This document shows positions 51,704 through 63,353 of a DNA stretch of 64,000 bases, one piece after another. The stretch is from NCBI GenBank assembly GCA_900617105.1, contig UYFQ01000032.1, positions 62,001 to 126,000 on the forward strand, written 5' to 3'. Made by a program: the position numbers and the translations under genes. The notes below the pieces were generated by a model. It was not told where the DNA came from. It did no database searches and was given only the letters and a program-made list of their open reading frames with translations. This DNA is from Hydrurus foetidus. Lineage: Eukaryota. How positions within the stretch are numbered: position 1 is the first letter of the stretch; each line of letters opens with the position of its first letter.

Positions 51704-51734
51704 ACACGAATTTCGTGTTGCACGAAATTCGTGT
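51704..51734. promoter_or_regulatory. Two tandem palindromic operators upstream of the antitoxin
   Basis: ACACGAATTTCGTGT and CACGAAATTCGTG. Confidence 0.7.
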
Positions 51735-51826
51735 TAATTTTCGCGCCGATTGCGCAAACTTAAAACGCACAACGCAGGCTATAGTGACCAAAATCAAGAA
51801 CAGGACGAAGCAGAATGAGCGCCAAA

Positions 51827-51890
51827 ACGCTATCTTTATGTGAGCAACTTGCGCATATTCCACGGGGGCTAGGGCACGATTTCACTTCCG
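51827..51890 (+). repeat. ~62-bp interspersed repeat, copy 8
   Basis: GCTA TCTTTATGT GAGC AACTTGCGCA TATTCCACG GGGGCTAGG. Confidence 0.8.
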
Positions 51891-51903
51891 TCCCGGTAGT
51901 TCC

Positions 51904-52533
51904 ATGAGCGCACCCGTGAACATCGCAAGCTTCGTGGAGTCCATCACAACCTCTCCACTGCAGCGGTGGTTGCACCTGCCGCCCTGGGAGATCACCGCCA
52001 ACGCCGCATCCATCGTCCGCACACTGCTGGACCAGACCGACCTGCAGGACTACGTGGTGACAGACGAAGTTGCCGCGCACCGCAGTGCGGTCGTGGAAGC
52101 GGGATCCATCCTCAAAGGGCCGCTGCTGTTAGGGCCCAACTGCTTTGTGGCCGCGGGCGCCTACCTGCGTGGCGGCAACTGGGCCGCTGCGGACTGTGTC
52201 TTTGGCCCAGGCACAGAGCTCAAATCGTCGTTTGTGTTTCGCGGCACCAAGCTCGCGCACTTCAATTTCGTGGGCGACTCCATCCTGGGCGAGGACGTGA
52301 ACCTGGAAGCGGGAAGCATCATCTGCAACTACCGCAATGAGCGAGCCAACAAGGAGATTCTGGTGCGACTGGCAGACACGCTCCATCGCACCGGGGCCGA
52401 GAAGTTTGGCGCCCTGGTGGGAGACCAATCCCGCATCGGCGCGAACGCGGTGCTGGCGCCCGGCACGCTGCTGGCCCAGGGCGCAATGGTGGGCCGCACT
52501 GCGCTGTGTGACCAGGAAATCAACCTTAACTAG
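51904..52533 (+). CDS. Left-handed beta-helix transferase (GlmU C-terminal/LpxA-like)
   Basis: AHFNFVGDSILG, KFGALVGD, RIGANAVLAPG. Confidence 0.82.
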   Translation: MSAPVNIASFVESITTSPLQRWLHLPPWEITANAASIVRTLLDQTDLQDYVVTDEVAAHRSAVVEAGSILKGPLLLGPNCFVAAGAYLRGGNWAAADCVFGPGTELKSSFVFRGTKLAHFNFVGDSILGEDVNLEAGSIICNYRNERANKEILVRLADTLHRTGAEKFGALVGDQSRIGANAVLAPGTLLAQGAMVGRTALCDQEINLN

Positions 52534-52554
52534 CCGACATGCGTTGAAGTAGCC

Positions 52555-53001
52555 ATGAAACAATTTCTTGCTTTACTACCCATAGTGGCATTGACTGCTT
52601 GCATTCAACTGCCGCCTGATCAAACCTTCAACCTGGGACTACTCGCAAATGACCGCATCGTTGCAATCAACGGCTTTTGCAGCACCGCAGAATCAAATTA
52701 CCGCTTCTCCATCACCGACCCCGCACGGGTGCGCAGCATCATGGAGGCCTTCCAAAGAATCTCAAACGGCTGGACGAACCCTGGTCTCAAGGTCACGAGC
52801 ATTAGCCGTGAAATGACTGTGCGCCTTATGGATTCATCGTCAAATGCCAGCCCACCTTTCAGTATGAACTTTGACTACCGAGAGATTGACTATGGTCCTG
52901 GTTTCAGACGGCTCTCCGCAGAAGAACGCCAACTATTCGTGAGCGTACTTGGCAATTGTTTCGGCAACCCAGCTGCCGCTATGTCAGGGAACAAGCGCTA
53001 G
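52555..53001 (+). CDS. Hypothetical lipoprotein
   Basis: MKQFLALLPIVALTAC lipobox. Confidence 0.7.
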   Translation: MKQFLALLPIVALTACIQLPPDQTFNLGLLANDRIVAINGFCSTAESNYRFSITDPARVRSIMEAFQRISNGWTNPGLKVTSISREMTVRLMDSSSNASPPFSMNFDYREIDYGPGFRRLSAEERQLFVSVLGNCFGNPAAAMSGNKR

Positions 53002-53128
53002 CCATCGACATTGCGTGTTGCAAATTCTTACTTTCCAGGGCCCGGTATGCACGCCAGCGCACAGAGCGCGGCGCAAGAAAAATCGACAGTAGGCGGGTGT
53101 TTCACCCTCTTACTAGGAATTTTTCACC

Positions 53129-53821
53129 ATGCACACACTTCCGATCCATGTCCCACTGCGCCTACTTCAGTTCGGGCGCCTGAATTCTTCGTCTTTGCGC
53201 CGCGCTGCGGTGCTGCTGTTGGGCGTGGCTGCTTTGGCAACCTGCGGTTTGACCTTTGCGCAAAACACGACAACCAATGCAAATGGCACCAGCTCCGGTT
53301 CTGGCCTGAGCATGAACAATATGCGTGTGCCTGGGTCTAGCTACTTCGGCCTGAACGCCGGTTCGGCCGACCTGTCGCGCCCTATCACCGGATTTGGCAA
53401 TTTCGGCGGTGGTCAGCAGTCCGGCGCCTACGGCTTGTACATGGGCAACTACTTCAACAACCAGAACTACGGCTTTGAAGTGGGCTACAACGACTTCGGA
53501 TCGGTCAACCGGTCCGGTGGCAACACCAAGGTGGATGGCATCAACCTGAGCCTCATCGGGCGCATGCCGCTCAACACCAATTTCAACCTGTTGGGAAAAA
53601 TCGGCACCACGTATAGCCGCACCGATGTGTCAGCCAGCGCAGCCTCCGGCGTGCAGGCGGGCAGCGAGCGCGGCTTTGGTTGGTCTTACGGCGTGGGCGC
53701 CGAGTACCTGTTCAACACCAACTGGTCGGGCGTGCTGCAGTACGACGAGCATTACGTGAAATACCCCGGCACCACCGAACGCGTCAGCGCCACCACGCTG
53801 GGCGTGCGCTACCGCTACTGA
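53129..53821 (+). CDS. Outer-membrane beta-barrel protein (OmpA-like TM domain)
   Basis: Signal peptide; GFEVGYNDFG, YGVGAEY, terminal LGVRYRY; start uncertain. Confidence 0.85.
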   Translation: MHTLPIHVPLRLLQFGRLNSSSLRRAAVLLLGVAALATCGLTFAQNTTTNANGTSSGSGLSMNNMRVPGSSYFGLNAGSADLSRPITGFGNFGGGQQSGAYGLYMGNYFNNQNYGFEVGYNDFGSVNRSGGNTKVDGINLSLIGRMPLNTNFNLLGKIGTTYSRTDVSASAASGVQAGSERGFGWSYGVGAEYLFNTNWSGVLQYDEHYVKYPGTTERVSATTLGVRYRY

Positions 53822-53835
53822 CCTGCCCCAGCGCA

Positions 53836-54207
53836 TCAGCAGGGATAGACGGTGGTCAGCGCGTTGGTTACCACCAGCTGCACCGGCATGTCGGCTTCGT
53901 AGAGGTCGGCATTGCGTTTGAGCTCGGTGGTGTAGAGGTTTTTGGCGATGCTGGGTTCCAGGCGTCGGCCGTTGAGGCAGATGCTGGGCTTGGCGCCATT
54001 GCGCACGTCCTGGCTGTGCGCCTCGATGGCGCCTTCCATGACGCCGACCAGGTAGTAGTCGGTGTAGGTGGCGCCTTGTTTCTCTTGCTTCTCCAGCGCC
54101 CGCATTTCGCGGATGGTCATGGCCTGCGCTGTGGCCATTCCTGCAACCAGGAGAGCCAGGGCGGTGGCGGCACTTTGCAGAGATGTGCGGGGTGAAGGTG
54201 TGTGCAT
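53836..54207 (-). CDS. Secreted hypothetical protein
   Basis: Signal peptide (TAQA); YYLVGVMEG...ICLNG...YPC. Confidence 0.72.
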   Translation of the reverse strand: MHTPSPRTSLQSAATALALLVAGMATAQAMTIREMRALEKQEKQGATYTDYYLVGVMEGAIEAHSQDVRNGAKPSICLNGRRLEPSIAKNLYTTELKRNADLYEADMPVQLVVTNALTTVYPC

Positions 54208-54236
54208 GGGATTTAGTCGTCCGTCTGCACGCATTC

Positions 54237-55553
54237 TTACTTCAATCGCATTTCCGCCGCACGCGCGTGGGCTTGCAGGCCCTCGCCATGCGCCAGCACC
54301 GAGGCGATTTGCCCCAGCACCTGGGCGCCCTGCTCGCTCACCTCGATCAGGCTGCTGCGCTTCTGGAAGTCATACACGCCCAGCGGGCTGCTAAAGCGCG
54401 CGGTACCGCTGGTGGGCAGCACGTGGTTGGGGCCGGCGCAGTAGTCGCCCAGGCTCTCGGAGGTGTAGGCGCCCAAGAAGATGGCACCGGCATGTTTGAG
54501 CAGGGGCTCCCATTGGTGAGGGTCGTTGCTCGACACTTCCAGATGCTCAGGTGCAATGCGGTTGCTGATCTCGCAGGCTTCTTCCATGCTGCGCGTGTGG
54601 ATGAGCGCACCACGTCCGGTCAGGCTTTTGGCAATGATTTCAGCACGCGGCATCTCGTTCAACAGGCGGTTGATGCTGGCCTGCACCTGGGCAATGTAGC
54701 CCGCGTCCGGGCACAGCAGAATGCTTTGCGCCAGCTCGTCGTGCTCGGCCTGGCTGAACAGGTCCATAGCCACCCAATCGGGCGGCGTGCTGCCGTCGGC
54801 CAACACCAAAATCTCGCTGGGGCCGGCAATCATGTCGATGCCCACCGTGCCAAACACGCGGCGCTTGGCGGCGGCCACATAGGCATTGCCGGGGCCGGTG
54901 ATCTTGTGCACGGCGGGAATGCTCTGCGTGCCATAGGCCAGCGCGGCCACGGCCTGCGCGCCACCGATGGTGAAGGCACGAGTGACGCCGGCCACATAAG
55001 CGGCGGCCAGCACCAATGCATTCTTCTCGCCCTTGGGCGTGGGCACGACCATGATGATTTCGCCCACACCGGCCACATGGGCGGGAATGGCATTCATCAG
55101 CACAGACGAGGGATACGCGGCCTTGCCGCCGGGCACGTAGATGCCTACCCGGTCCAGCGGGGTGACCTTTTGGCCCAAGAGCGTGCCATGTTCGTCGCGG
55201 TAGCTCCAGCTCTCGCCGCAGGCTTTCTTCTGCGCCTCGTGGTAGCTGCGTACACGCTTGGCGGCGGCTTCCAAAGCGACCCGCTGCGCGGCGGGAATGC
55301 TGTCAAACGCAGCCTTGAGCTCCGCCTGCGTCAGCTCCAAAGCCTCCATGTTGGGCACGGTCAGGCCGTCAAAACGGGCGGTGTACTCCAACACTGCGGC
55401 ATCGCCCCGCTGCTGCACGTCGGCCAGGATGTCAGCCACGCGCTGCTCAATGGCCGCATCGGTATCGGCAGACCAATGCAGGCGCGCCTTGAATTGGGCA
55501 TCAAACTGGGCGTCAGCCGTTGATAACAGTGCGGGAGCAGCTACAAAAGTCAT
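54237..55553 (-). CDS. hisD: Histidinol dehydrogenase
   Basis: [32 protein letters not shown]. Confidence 0.97.
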   Translation of the reverse strand: MTFVAAPALLSTADAQFDAQFKARLHWSADTDAAIEQRVADILADVQQRGDAAVLEYTARFDGLTVPNMEALELTQAELKAAFDSIPAAQRVALEAAAKRVRSYHEAQKKACGESWSYRDEHGTLLGQKVTPLDRVGIYVPGGKAAYPSSVLMNAIPAHVAGVGEIIMVVPTPKGEKNALVLAAAYVAGVTRAFTIGGAQAVAALAYGTQSIPAVHKITGPGNAYVAAAKRRVFGTVGIDMIAGPSEILVLADGSTPPDWVAMDLFSQAEHDELAQSILLCPDAGYIAQVQASINRLLNEMPRAEIIAKSLTGRGALIHTRSMEEACEISNRIAPEHLEVSSNDPHQWEPLLKHAGAIFLGAYTSESLGDYCAGPNHVLPTSGTARFSSPLGVYDFQKRSSLIEVSEQGAQVLGQIASVLAHGEGLQAHARAAEMRLK

Positions 55554-55558
55554 AGCAA
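55495..55558 (-). repeat. ~62-bp interspersed repeat, degenerate copy 9 (contains hisD start)
   Basis: rc: TTTGCTA TGACTTTTG TAGC TGCTCCCGCA CTGTTATCA ACGGCTG. Confidence 0.6.
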
Positions 55559-55571
55559 ATTGAAAGAGGAG

Positions 55572-56221
55572 TTACTTGCCCACGGCGCCCGCAAAGGCGT
55601 CGATGATCTTGCGAATGGGGTCTTGTTTGAGCTTGAGCGCGGCCTGGTTCACCACCAGGCGCGAGCTGATGTCCATGATGCGTTCCACTTCCACCAGGTG
55701 GTTGGCTTTGAGCGTGTTGCCCGTGGATACCAAATCAACAATCGCGTCGGCCAGCCCCACCAGAGGCGCCAGTTCCATGCTGCCATAAAGCTTGATCAGG
55801 TCCACGTGCACGCCCTTGCTGGCGAAGAATTCGCGCGCAATGGCCACGTACTTGGTGGCCACCTTCAGGCGCGAGCCCTGCTTGACGGCAGACGCGTAGT
55901 CAAAGTCGGCGCGCACCGCCACACTGATGCGGCACTTGGCAATCTGCAGGTCCAGCGGCTGGTACAGGCCTTGGCTGCCGTGTTCCAGCAACGTGTCCTT
56001 GCCCGTAATGCCCATGTCGGCCCCGCCGTACTGCACGTAGGTGGGCACGTCAGTGGCGCGCACCACCAGCAGGCGCACATGCGCCTGGTTGGTCGCCAGA
56101 ATCAGCTTGCGCGATTTTTCGGGGTCGTCCAGCACCTCGATACCGGCCGCCTTCAGCAGTGGCAGGGTTTCTTCAAAGATGCGGCCTTTGGACAGGGCCA
56201 GGGTGATCATCTCGGCTGCCA

Positions 56222-56222
<1 letters not shown>
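55572..56222 (-). CDS. hisG: ATP phosphoribosyltransferase, short form
   Basis: [30 protein letters not shown]; 216 aa. Confidence 0.95.
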
Positions 56223-57487
<1,265 letters not shown>

Positions 57488-57488
<1 letters not shown>

Positions 57489-57747
57489 CAGGCTCAGGCT
57501 TGTGGAGAGGCGTTGTCGCTGCCCATTCGGCAGGCGTGAAGGTTTTCATCGACAAGGCATGCACTTCATCGGTAGCCATGCGCTGGCCCAGCGTGGCGTA
57601 GACTTTTTGGTGGCGCTGAATCAGGCGCTTGCCTTCAAAGCGGCGCTGACAATGGTGGCGTACCAGTGGCGGCCATCGCCACTCACGCTCCAGGTGCTCG
57701 CAGGTCAGGCCTGCCGTAATAAGGGCTTGGAGTTCGTCTGAGGTCAT
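57488..57747 (-). CDS. BolA/IbaG family protein; frameshifted, 3' end approximate
   Basis: [14 protein letters not shown]...[11 protein letters not shown]; upstream of murA. Confidence 0.82.
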
Positions 57748-57753
57748 AACAGG

Positions 57754-58508
57754 TCAGTGGCGGATTTTGTAACCGGTGCGCAGCAGGTGCACGGCAATGG
57801 TGCTCACCAGGGCCAGCGCGACGCCCACGATGCCCAGGCTGAGCCAGGGCGACACGTCGCTCACACCGAAGAAGCCGTAGCGGAATCCGTCGATCATGTA
57901 GAAGAAAGGATTGAGGTGGCTCACGCCCTGCCAAAAGGCTGGCAGCGAATGGATGGAATAGAACACGCCGCTCAAGAACGTCATGGGCATGATGACAAAG
58001 TTCTGGAAGGCGGCGAGTTGGTCAAACTTTTCGGCCCAGAGGCCAGCAATCAGGCCCAACGTGCCCAGCAAGGCTGCGCCCAAGATGGCAAATAGCAGCG
58101 CCCACAGTGGCGCTACAAAGCTGATGGGCGTGAAAAATGCAGTGACCACAAACACCCCGGCACCCACCACCATGCCGCGGGCAATGCTGGAGCCGACGTA
58201 GGCAAAAAACCAGTTCCAGTGCGACAGCGGTGTGAGCAGCAGAAACACCAGGTTGCCCATGATCTTGCTCTGGATCAGCGACGACGAGCTGTTGGCAAAC
58301 GCGTTTTGCAGCACGCTCATCATCACCAGGCCGGGCACCAGAAACGCGGTGTAGCTAATGGTGTCGTAGACCTTCACATAGTCTCCGAGCGCGTGTCCAA
58401 AGATCAGCATGTATAGCACGCCGTCAGCACGGGCGCGGCCACGGTTTGAAAGCCGACCTTCCAGAAACGCAGGGTTTCTTTGTAAAGCAGGGTTTGCCAG
58501 CCGTTCAT
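57754..58508 (-). CDS. ABC-2 permease (YadH-like); frameshift near 5' end
   Basis: MNGWQTLLYKETLRFWK then FLVPGLVMM, FLSGVFYS, NPFFYMIDGFRYG. Confidence 0.85.
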
Positions 58509-59432
58509 GCGCCCACCTCTTCCGCATTGCCCATCACGTCCAGAAATACATCCTCCAGATCTGCCTTGCGGATTTCAACGTCTTCCACCGTGACACCGGC
58601 CTCGCGAACCGCAGTCAGGTACTGCTCAATCTCCAGGCGTTATGCGCGGGTAGCTGCACAATGCGGCCCGTGATGCGCGCGCGCGCGGCCAATTCGATGG
58701 GCAAGGTGTCGCCAGTTTTGAAACGCAGCACATTGCTGCTGGCGGCCTTGAGCAGATCGCTGGTTTTATCGAGCGCCACAATGCGGCCGGTCTTGAGCAT
58801 GGCAATGCGGCTGCACAGGGCCTCGGCTTCTTCCAGGTAATGGGTGGTCAGCAGCACGGTGCTGCCTTGTTTGTTCAGGTTGGCCACGAATTGCCACAGG
58901 TTTTGGCGCAATTCCACGTCCACACCCGCCGTGGGCTCGTCCAGCACGATGACTGGTGGCTTGTGCACCAGCGCTTGCGCCACCAGCACGCGGCGCTTCA
59001 TGCCGCCCGACAACTGGCGCATATTGGCATTGGCCTTGTCAGTCAAGCCCAGGCTTCGAGCAGCTCGTCCATCCAGGCGTCGTTGTTTTTGACGCCAAAG
59101 TAGCCTGACTGGATGCGCAGCATTTCGCGCACATTGAAGAACGGGTCAAACACCAGCTCTTGCGGCACCACGCCGAGCTTGCGGCGGGCGGCGGCATAGT
59201 CGGTCTGCACATCGCTGCCGAGCACCAACACCCGACCGCTGCTGGCGCGGGTCAGACCTGCCAGGATACTGATGATGGTGGTTTTGCCCGCACCGTTGGG
59301 GCCCAGCAAACCAAAAAACTCACCCTCCTCGATATCGAGGCTCACGTGGTCCAGTGCTTGGAAGGTGGTGCCTTGGGGCCCTCTGGGTGAGGGGTAGGCT
59401 TTGGAGACCGATTGGAAAGATATGGCAGGCAT
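58505..59432 (-). CDS. ABC ATP-binding protein (YadG-like); frameshifted
   Basis: GPNGAGKTT, LSGGMKRR, LDEPTAGVD over split ORFs. Confidence 0.88.
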
Positions 59433-59461
59433 GTGAGCCTGCGATTTTACGCCGAGGGGGC

Positions 59462-59728
59462 TCAGGAACCGGCCAGCAGGCCGTCAATCCCGTACAAAGT
59501 AGCCAAATCACGCAACCGGGTCGGCAAGCCTTGCACGGCAAATTGCTTGCCGATGCGCGCGCACTCCCGGCGCAGCTCCAGCAAAACCGCCAGCGCCGAA
59601 GAATCGAAGCGCTGCAACGACGCCCCGTTGACCACAATGCGCTCCGGCTCCTGCCCTAGCCCCGATCGCAACTCCGCCAGACAGGTCTGAGCGACTTCTT
59701 GCGTCAGGGTTGCGGGTAGATTCAGCAC
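59462..59728 (-). CDS. mlaB: STAS-domain protein MlaB
   Basis: FDSSALAVLL, LATLYGI; GTG start; reads in frame with mlaC as sequenced. Confidence 0.78.
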   Translation of the reverse strand: MLNLPATLTQEVAQTCLAELRSGLGQEPERIVVNGASLQRFDSSALAVLLELRRECARIGKQFAVQGLPTRLRDLATLYGIDGLLAGS

Positions 59729-59729
59729 A

Positions 59730-60382
59730 TCAGCCTTTTTGGCGGCGTTAGCCTTGTTGCGCTCGGCCAGCGCGTCAATCAGGCCGTCCAGGCCCTTGGC
59801 GTTGATCTCCTGCGCGAACTGGCTGCGGTAGGTTTCGACCAGCCACACGCCCAGCACGTTGAGGTTGTAAATTTTCCAGCCTGCGCCCACGCCGGCTTTT
59901 TCCAGGCGGTAATCAAGCTGAATGGCATCACCACGGCCCTTGACCTCGGTACGCACAATGACTTCCTTGTCCTCAGGCGCTGCGCGCAGAGGCTTGATGG
60001 CAATGGTCTGGTCACTCACCTGCGCCAGCGCACCTGCGTAAGTGCGCACCAGCAAGGTCTTGAACTCGTCTTGCAGGCGTTTTTGCTGGTCAGGCGTGGC
60101 TTGGCGCCAGCCCGGGCCCACCGCCGAGGCTGTCATGCGCTGGAAATCTACGTTGGGCATGATGCGGCTGTCTACCAGCGCCACCACCTTGGCCATGTCG
60201 CCCGCGCGAATGGCCTTGTCACCCTTGATGGTGTCCAACACGTCCACCGACAGGCGCTTGATCAGCGCATCCGGCGCCTCGTCCTCGGCGTGCACCATAG
60301 GCGCCCAGGTCAGACTACCGGCCACCAAAGACCTGGCCATTGCTGTCAATACACGTCGCTTGTTCCACATGGTTGGGTTCAC
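59730..60382 (-). CDS. mlaC: Periplasmic phospholipid-binding protein MlaC/Ttg2D
   Basis: DFQRMTASAVG, LLVRTY, WKIYNLNVLGVWLVETYRSQF; start and stop uncertain. Confidence 0.88.
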
Positions 60383-60442
60383 TCCTTAAGCACGATTATC
60401 TACCGCACTGCCCCTTTTTTATCGGCATGAAAGAACAGCCCC

Positions 60443-61195
60443 TTAAGGCTCGGTGCCATCTTCTTCCGGCGGGTTACCGTCGTATTGTTGGTTGCGCTGG
60501 CGCTGAAAATATGCGTCGCGAGTAAAGCTATAGCGGTCCAGCGCCGCGCCTTCCACCACCTCGCCTGCGCGCAGGTACTTGGCACGCGTGTCCACGGCGT
60601 TCAACACGGTCAAGCCGGTACGCGTGCCTTCGACAGGGATTTGCGACACCAGATTACCCTGCTGGTCGACCGGAATGGCGACCACTTCGCGCAATGTGTA
60701 GGAGCCCAGCAGCGGTAGCACCACATACGGCCCGGGTCGCACGCCCCAGCGCCCCAAGGTGACCCCAAAGTTGCCAGGATGGCGCTCGATATTGAGGTCA
60801 CTGGCCACATCCATGCACACCGCCCAGACCCATGGTGGTGTTCACCATGAAACGGCCCAGGTTGTCGCCCATGTCGCGGCCGCGAAGCTGCAGCCGTTGT
60901 TGATGGCGGACCAGAAGTCTTCGAGGTTGCCAAAGAAATTGCCCACGCCTTTTCGCACCATGTCTGGCACTACGCCTTTGTAGGCCGTGGCGACGGGCTT
61001 GAGCACCGCCTTGTCCACTACATCGTTGAACCCGAACACGCCGCGGTTGAACGATTCGATCGGGTCACGCGAATCGGGGCTTGCCACCGTGGCGCAGGCT
61101 TGCAGCAACACCATGCTGCCCAGCACCGACCACAGCGCCAGACGGCGCAATACACCCCACAAGCAAGCATTCCGAAGGGAAAGACCCAGGGTCAT
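60443..61195 (-). CDS. mlaA: MlaA/VacJ lipoprotein; frameshifted
   Basis: LQAC lipobox, DPIESFNR, FGVTLGRWGV, GPYVVLPLLG. Confidence 0.88.
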
Positions 61196-61680
61196 TTGGC
61201 CGCCTTCTCCGATGAGGGGCCGTCCGCCGCCTTGCTGAACAGGAACTGGCTGATCAGGTTTTCCAGCACCACGGCAGACTGGGTGGTGCCAATGCTGTCG
61301 CCGGCCGCCAGATTGGCCGAGTCAGCACCGGCTTCGATACCGATGTATTGCTCACCCAGCAGGCCGCTGGTCAGAATTTTGAGCGAACTGTCTTTGGGGA
61401 AGGCAAAGCGCTTATCCATGGCCAGCACCACTTTGGCCTGGAAACTCTTGTCGTCGAAGCTGATGGAGTCCACACGGCCGACCACCACGCCAGCGCTTTT
61501 GACAGCCGCCTTGGGTTTCAGGCCGCCGATGTTGTCGAACTTGGCGCCCACCGTGTAGCCACGCTCGAAATTCAGCGACAACAGATTGGCCGACTGCAGC
61601 GCCAGAAACAGCAGCGCTGCCGCGCCCAGTAGCACAAACAGGCCTACCCACACATCTTTGCCAGAACGTTGCATTTGCAA
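61192..61680 (-). CDS. mlaD: MCE protein MlaD
   Basis: FDNIGGLK, TSGLLGEQY, AVVLENLISQF. Confidence 0.93.
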   Translation of the reverse strand: MQMQRSGKDVWVGLFVLLGAAALLFLALQSANLLSLNFERGYTVGAKFDNIGGLKPKAAVKSAGVVVGRVDSISFDDKSFQAKVVLAMDKRFAFPKDSSLKILTSGLLGEQYIGIEAGADSANLAAGDSIGTTQSAVVLENLISQFLFSKAADGPSSEKAAK

Positions 61681-61684
61681 TCCC

Positions 61685-62463
61685 CTAAATACTGAACATC
61701 ATGGCGGTCAGCATGAAGTCCAGACCCAACACGGTCAACGACGCCACCACCACCGTGCGTGTGGTGGCCCGGGACACGCCCTCCGGGGTGGGCTGCGCCT
61801 CGTAGCCCTGCAGCAGCGCAACGAAGTCACCGCAATGCCGAACACCGCGCTCTTGAGACACCGTTGCCCACGTCCAGCCACACATCCACACCGCCCTGCA
61901 TCTGGCTCCAGAACGCACCAGAGTCAATGCCAATCATCACCACGCCAACAACCCAGCCGCCAAAACGCCCACAGCACTGAACACCGCCGCCAGCATCGGC
62001 ATGGCAATCACCGCGCCCCAAAAGCGTGGCGCCAAAATCCGCTGCACCGGGTCAACGGCCATCATTTCCATGGCGCTGAGCTGTTCACCAGCCTTCATCA
62101 GGCCGATCTCGGCGGTCAGCGAGGTGCCGGCCCGGCCCGCAAACAGCAAGGCAGTGACCACCGGCCCCAGTTCGCGCACCAAACTCAACGCCACCAGCAG
62201 ACCCAGGCTTCGGATGAGCCGTAGCGCTGCAGCGTGTAGTAGCCCTGCAAGCCCAGCACAAAGCCCACAAAAAGCCCGACACCGCAATGATGGCCAGCGA
62301 GTAGTTGCCCAAAAAGTGAATTTGGTCGCGCACCAGACCAAAGCGCCGCAGCGTACGGGCCGTCAGATGCCAACAAGCGGCCAAACAGGCGAGCACCATA
62401 GCCCAGGTCCGCCAGCTTGGACCGGACCGCCAAGCCGACGTCTGAAGGGTGGTACCAGCTCAT
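61685..62463 (-). CDS. mlaE: MlaE permease; several frameshifts
   Basis: [37 protein letters not shown] in different frames. Confidence 0.88.
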
Positions 62464-63297
62464 CGTGCCGCCCCTGCAGAAAAATCGGCGTCCACACTGG
62501 GGCCGGGTAAGTGAAAGCGCACCGGCCCTTCGGGCTCGGCGTTGACAAACTGGTGCACCAGCGGATCGGTGCTGTGGCGCACTTCTTCGGGCGTGCCCTG
62601 GGCGGCGATCTTGCCGTTGGCCAGGATGATCACCTTGTCGGCGATGCGGAAGGTTTCTTCCAGGTCGTGCGAAACGATGATGCTGGTCAGGCCCATGGTG
62701 TCATTGAGCTGGCGGATCAGGCGGGCTGCGGTGCCCAGCGAAATCGGGTCCAGCCCGGCAAACGGCTCGTCGTACATCACCAGCTCAGGGTCCAGGGCAA
62801 TGGCGCGGGCCAAGGCCACGCGCCGTGCCATGCCACCGGAGATTTCGCGGGCATCAGGTCGCGCGCACCACGCAGACCCACGGCGTTGAGCTTCATCAGG
62901 ACGATGTCCGGATCAGCGCTTCGGATAAATCGGAATGCTCACGCAGCGGGAAAGCCACGTTGTCGTACACACTCAGGTCGGTGAACAGCGCGCCAAACTG
63001 GAACAGCATGCCCATACGGCGTCGAGCTGCGTACAACTGCTGTGCGTTGGCCCGGCCCATGTCCTGCACATCTTGGCCGTGCTGCGCACCGTGCAGCAGT
63101 AACTCGCCCTTCTGGGCGCGGTGCTGACCACCAATCAGGCGCAGTACGGTGGTCTTGCCACCGCCCGAGGCACCCATGAGCGCAGTGACCTTGCCCCGCG
63201 GAATGGACAGCGTCACGCCGTCCAGGATCAGGCGTTCGCCGTAGCCAAAGGACAGGTCGTGAAGTTCAACAAGGGGGTCGGAAGGGTGTTCGGCCAT
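62460..63297 (-). CDS. mlaF: MlaF ATP-binding protein; frameshifted
   Basis: GASGGGKTT, FQFGALF, YDEPFAGLDP. Confidence 0.88.
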
Positions 63298-63305
63298 ACA
63301 AGTAA

Positions 63306-63330
63306 CAAGGCCGGGGAGTTCCCGGCCTTG
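63306..63330. terminator. Hairpin downstream of gltD
   Basis: CAAGGCCGGG-GAGTT-CCCGGCCTTG; weak T-tract. Confidence 0.5.
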
Positions 63331-63353
63331 GAATCATAAGGGATTACCCGAGA

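Noticed and set aside
50111..55523. 467-aa and 446-aa plus-strand ORFs
   Set aside because: Antisense shadows of hisC/PIN and hisD
59462..60382. Apparent MlaC-MlaB fusion
   Set aside because: One extra A in the AAAAA run gives KKG-TGA just before a GTG start; the region is error-rich and a periplasmic-cytoplasmic fusion is implausible
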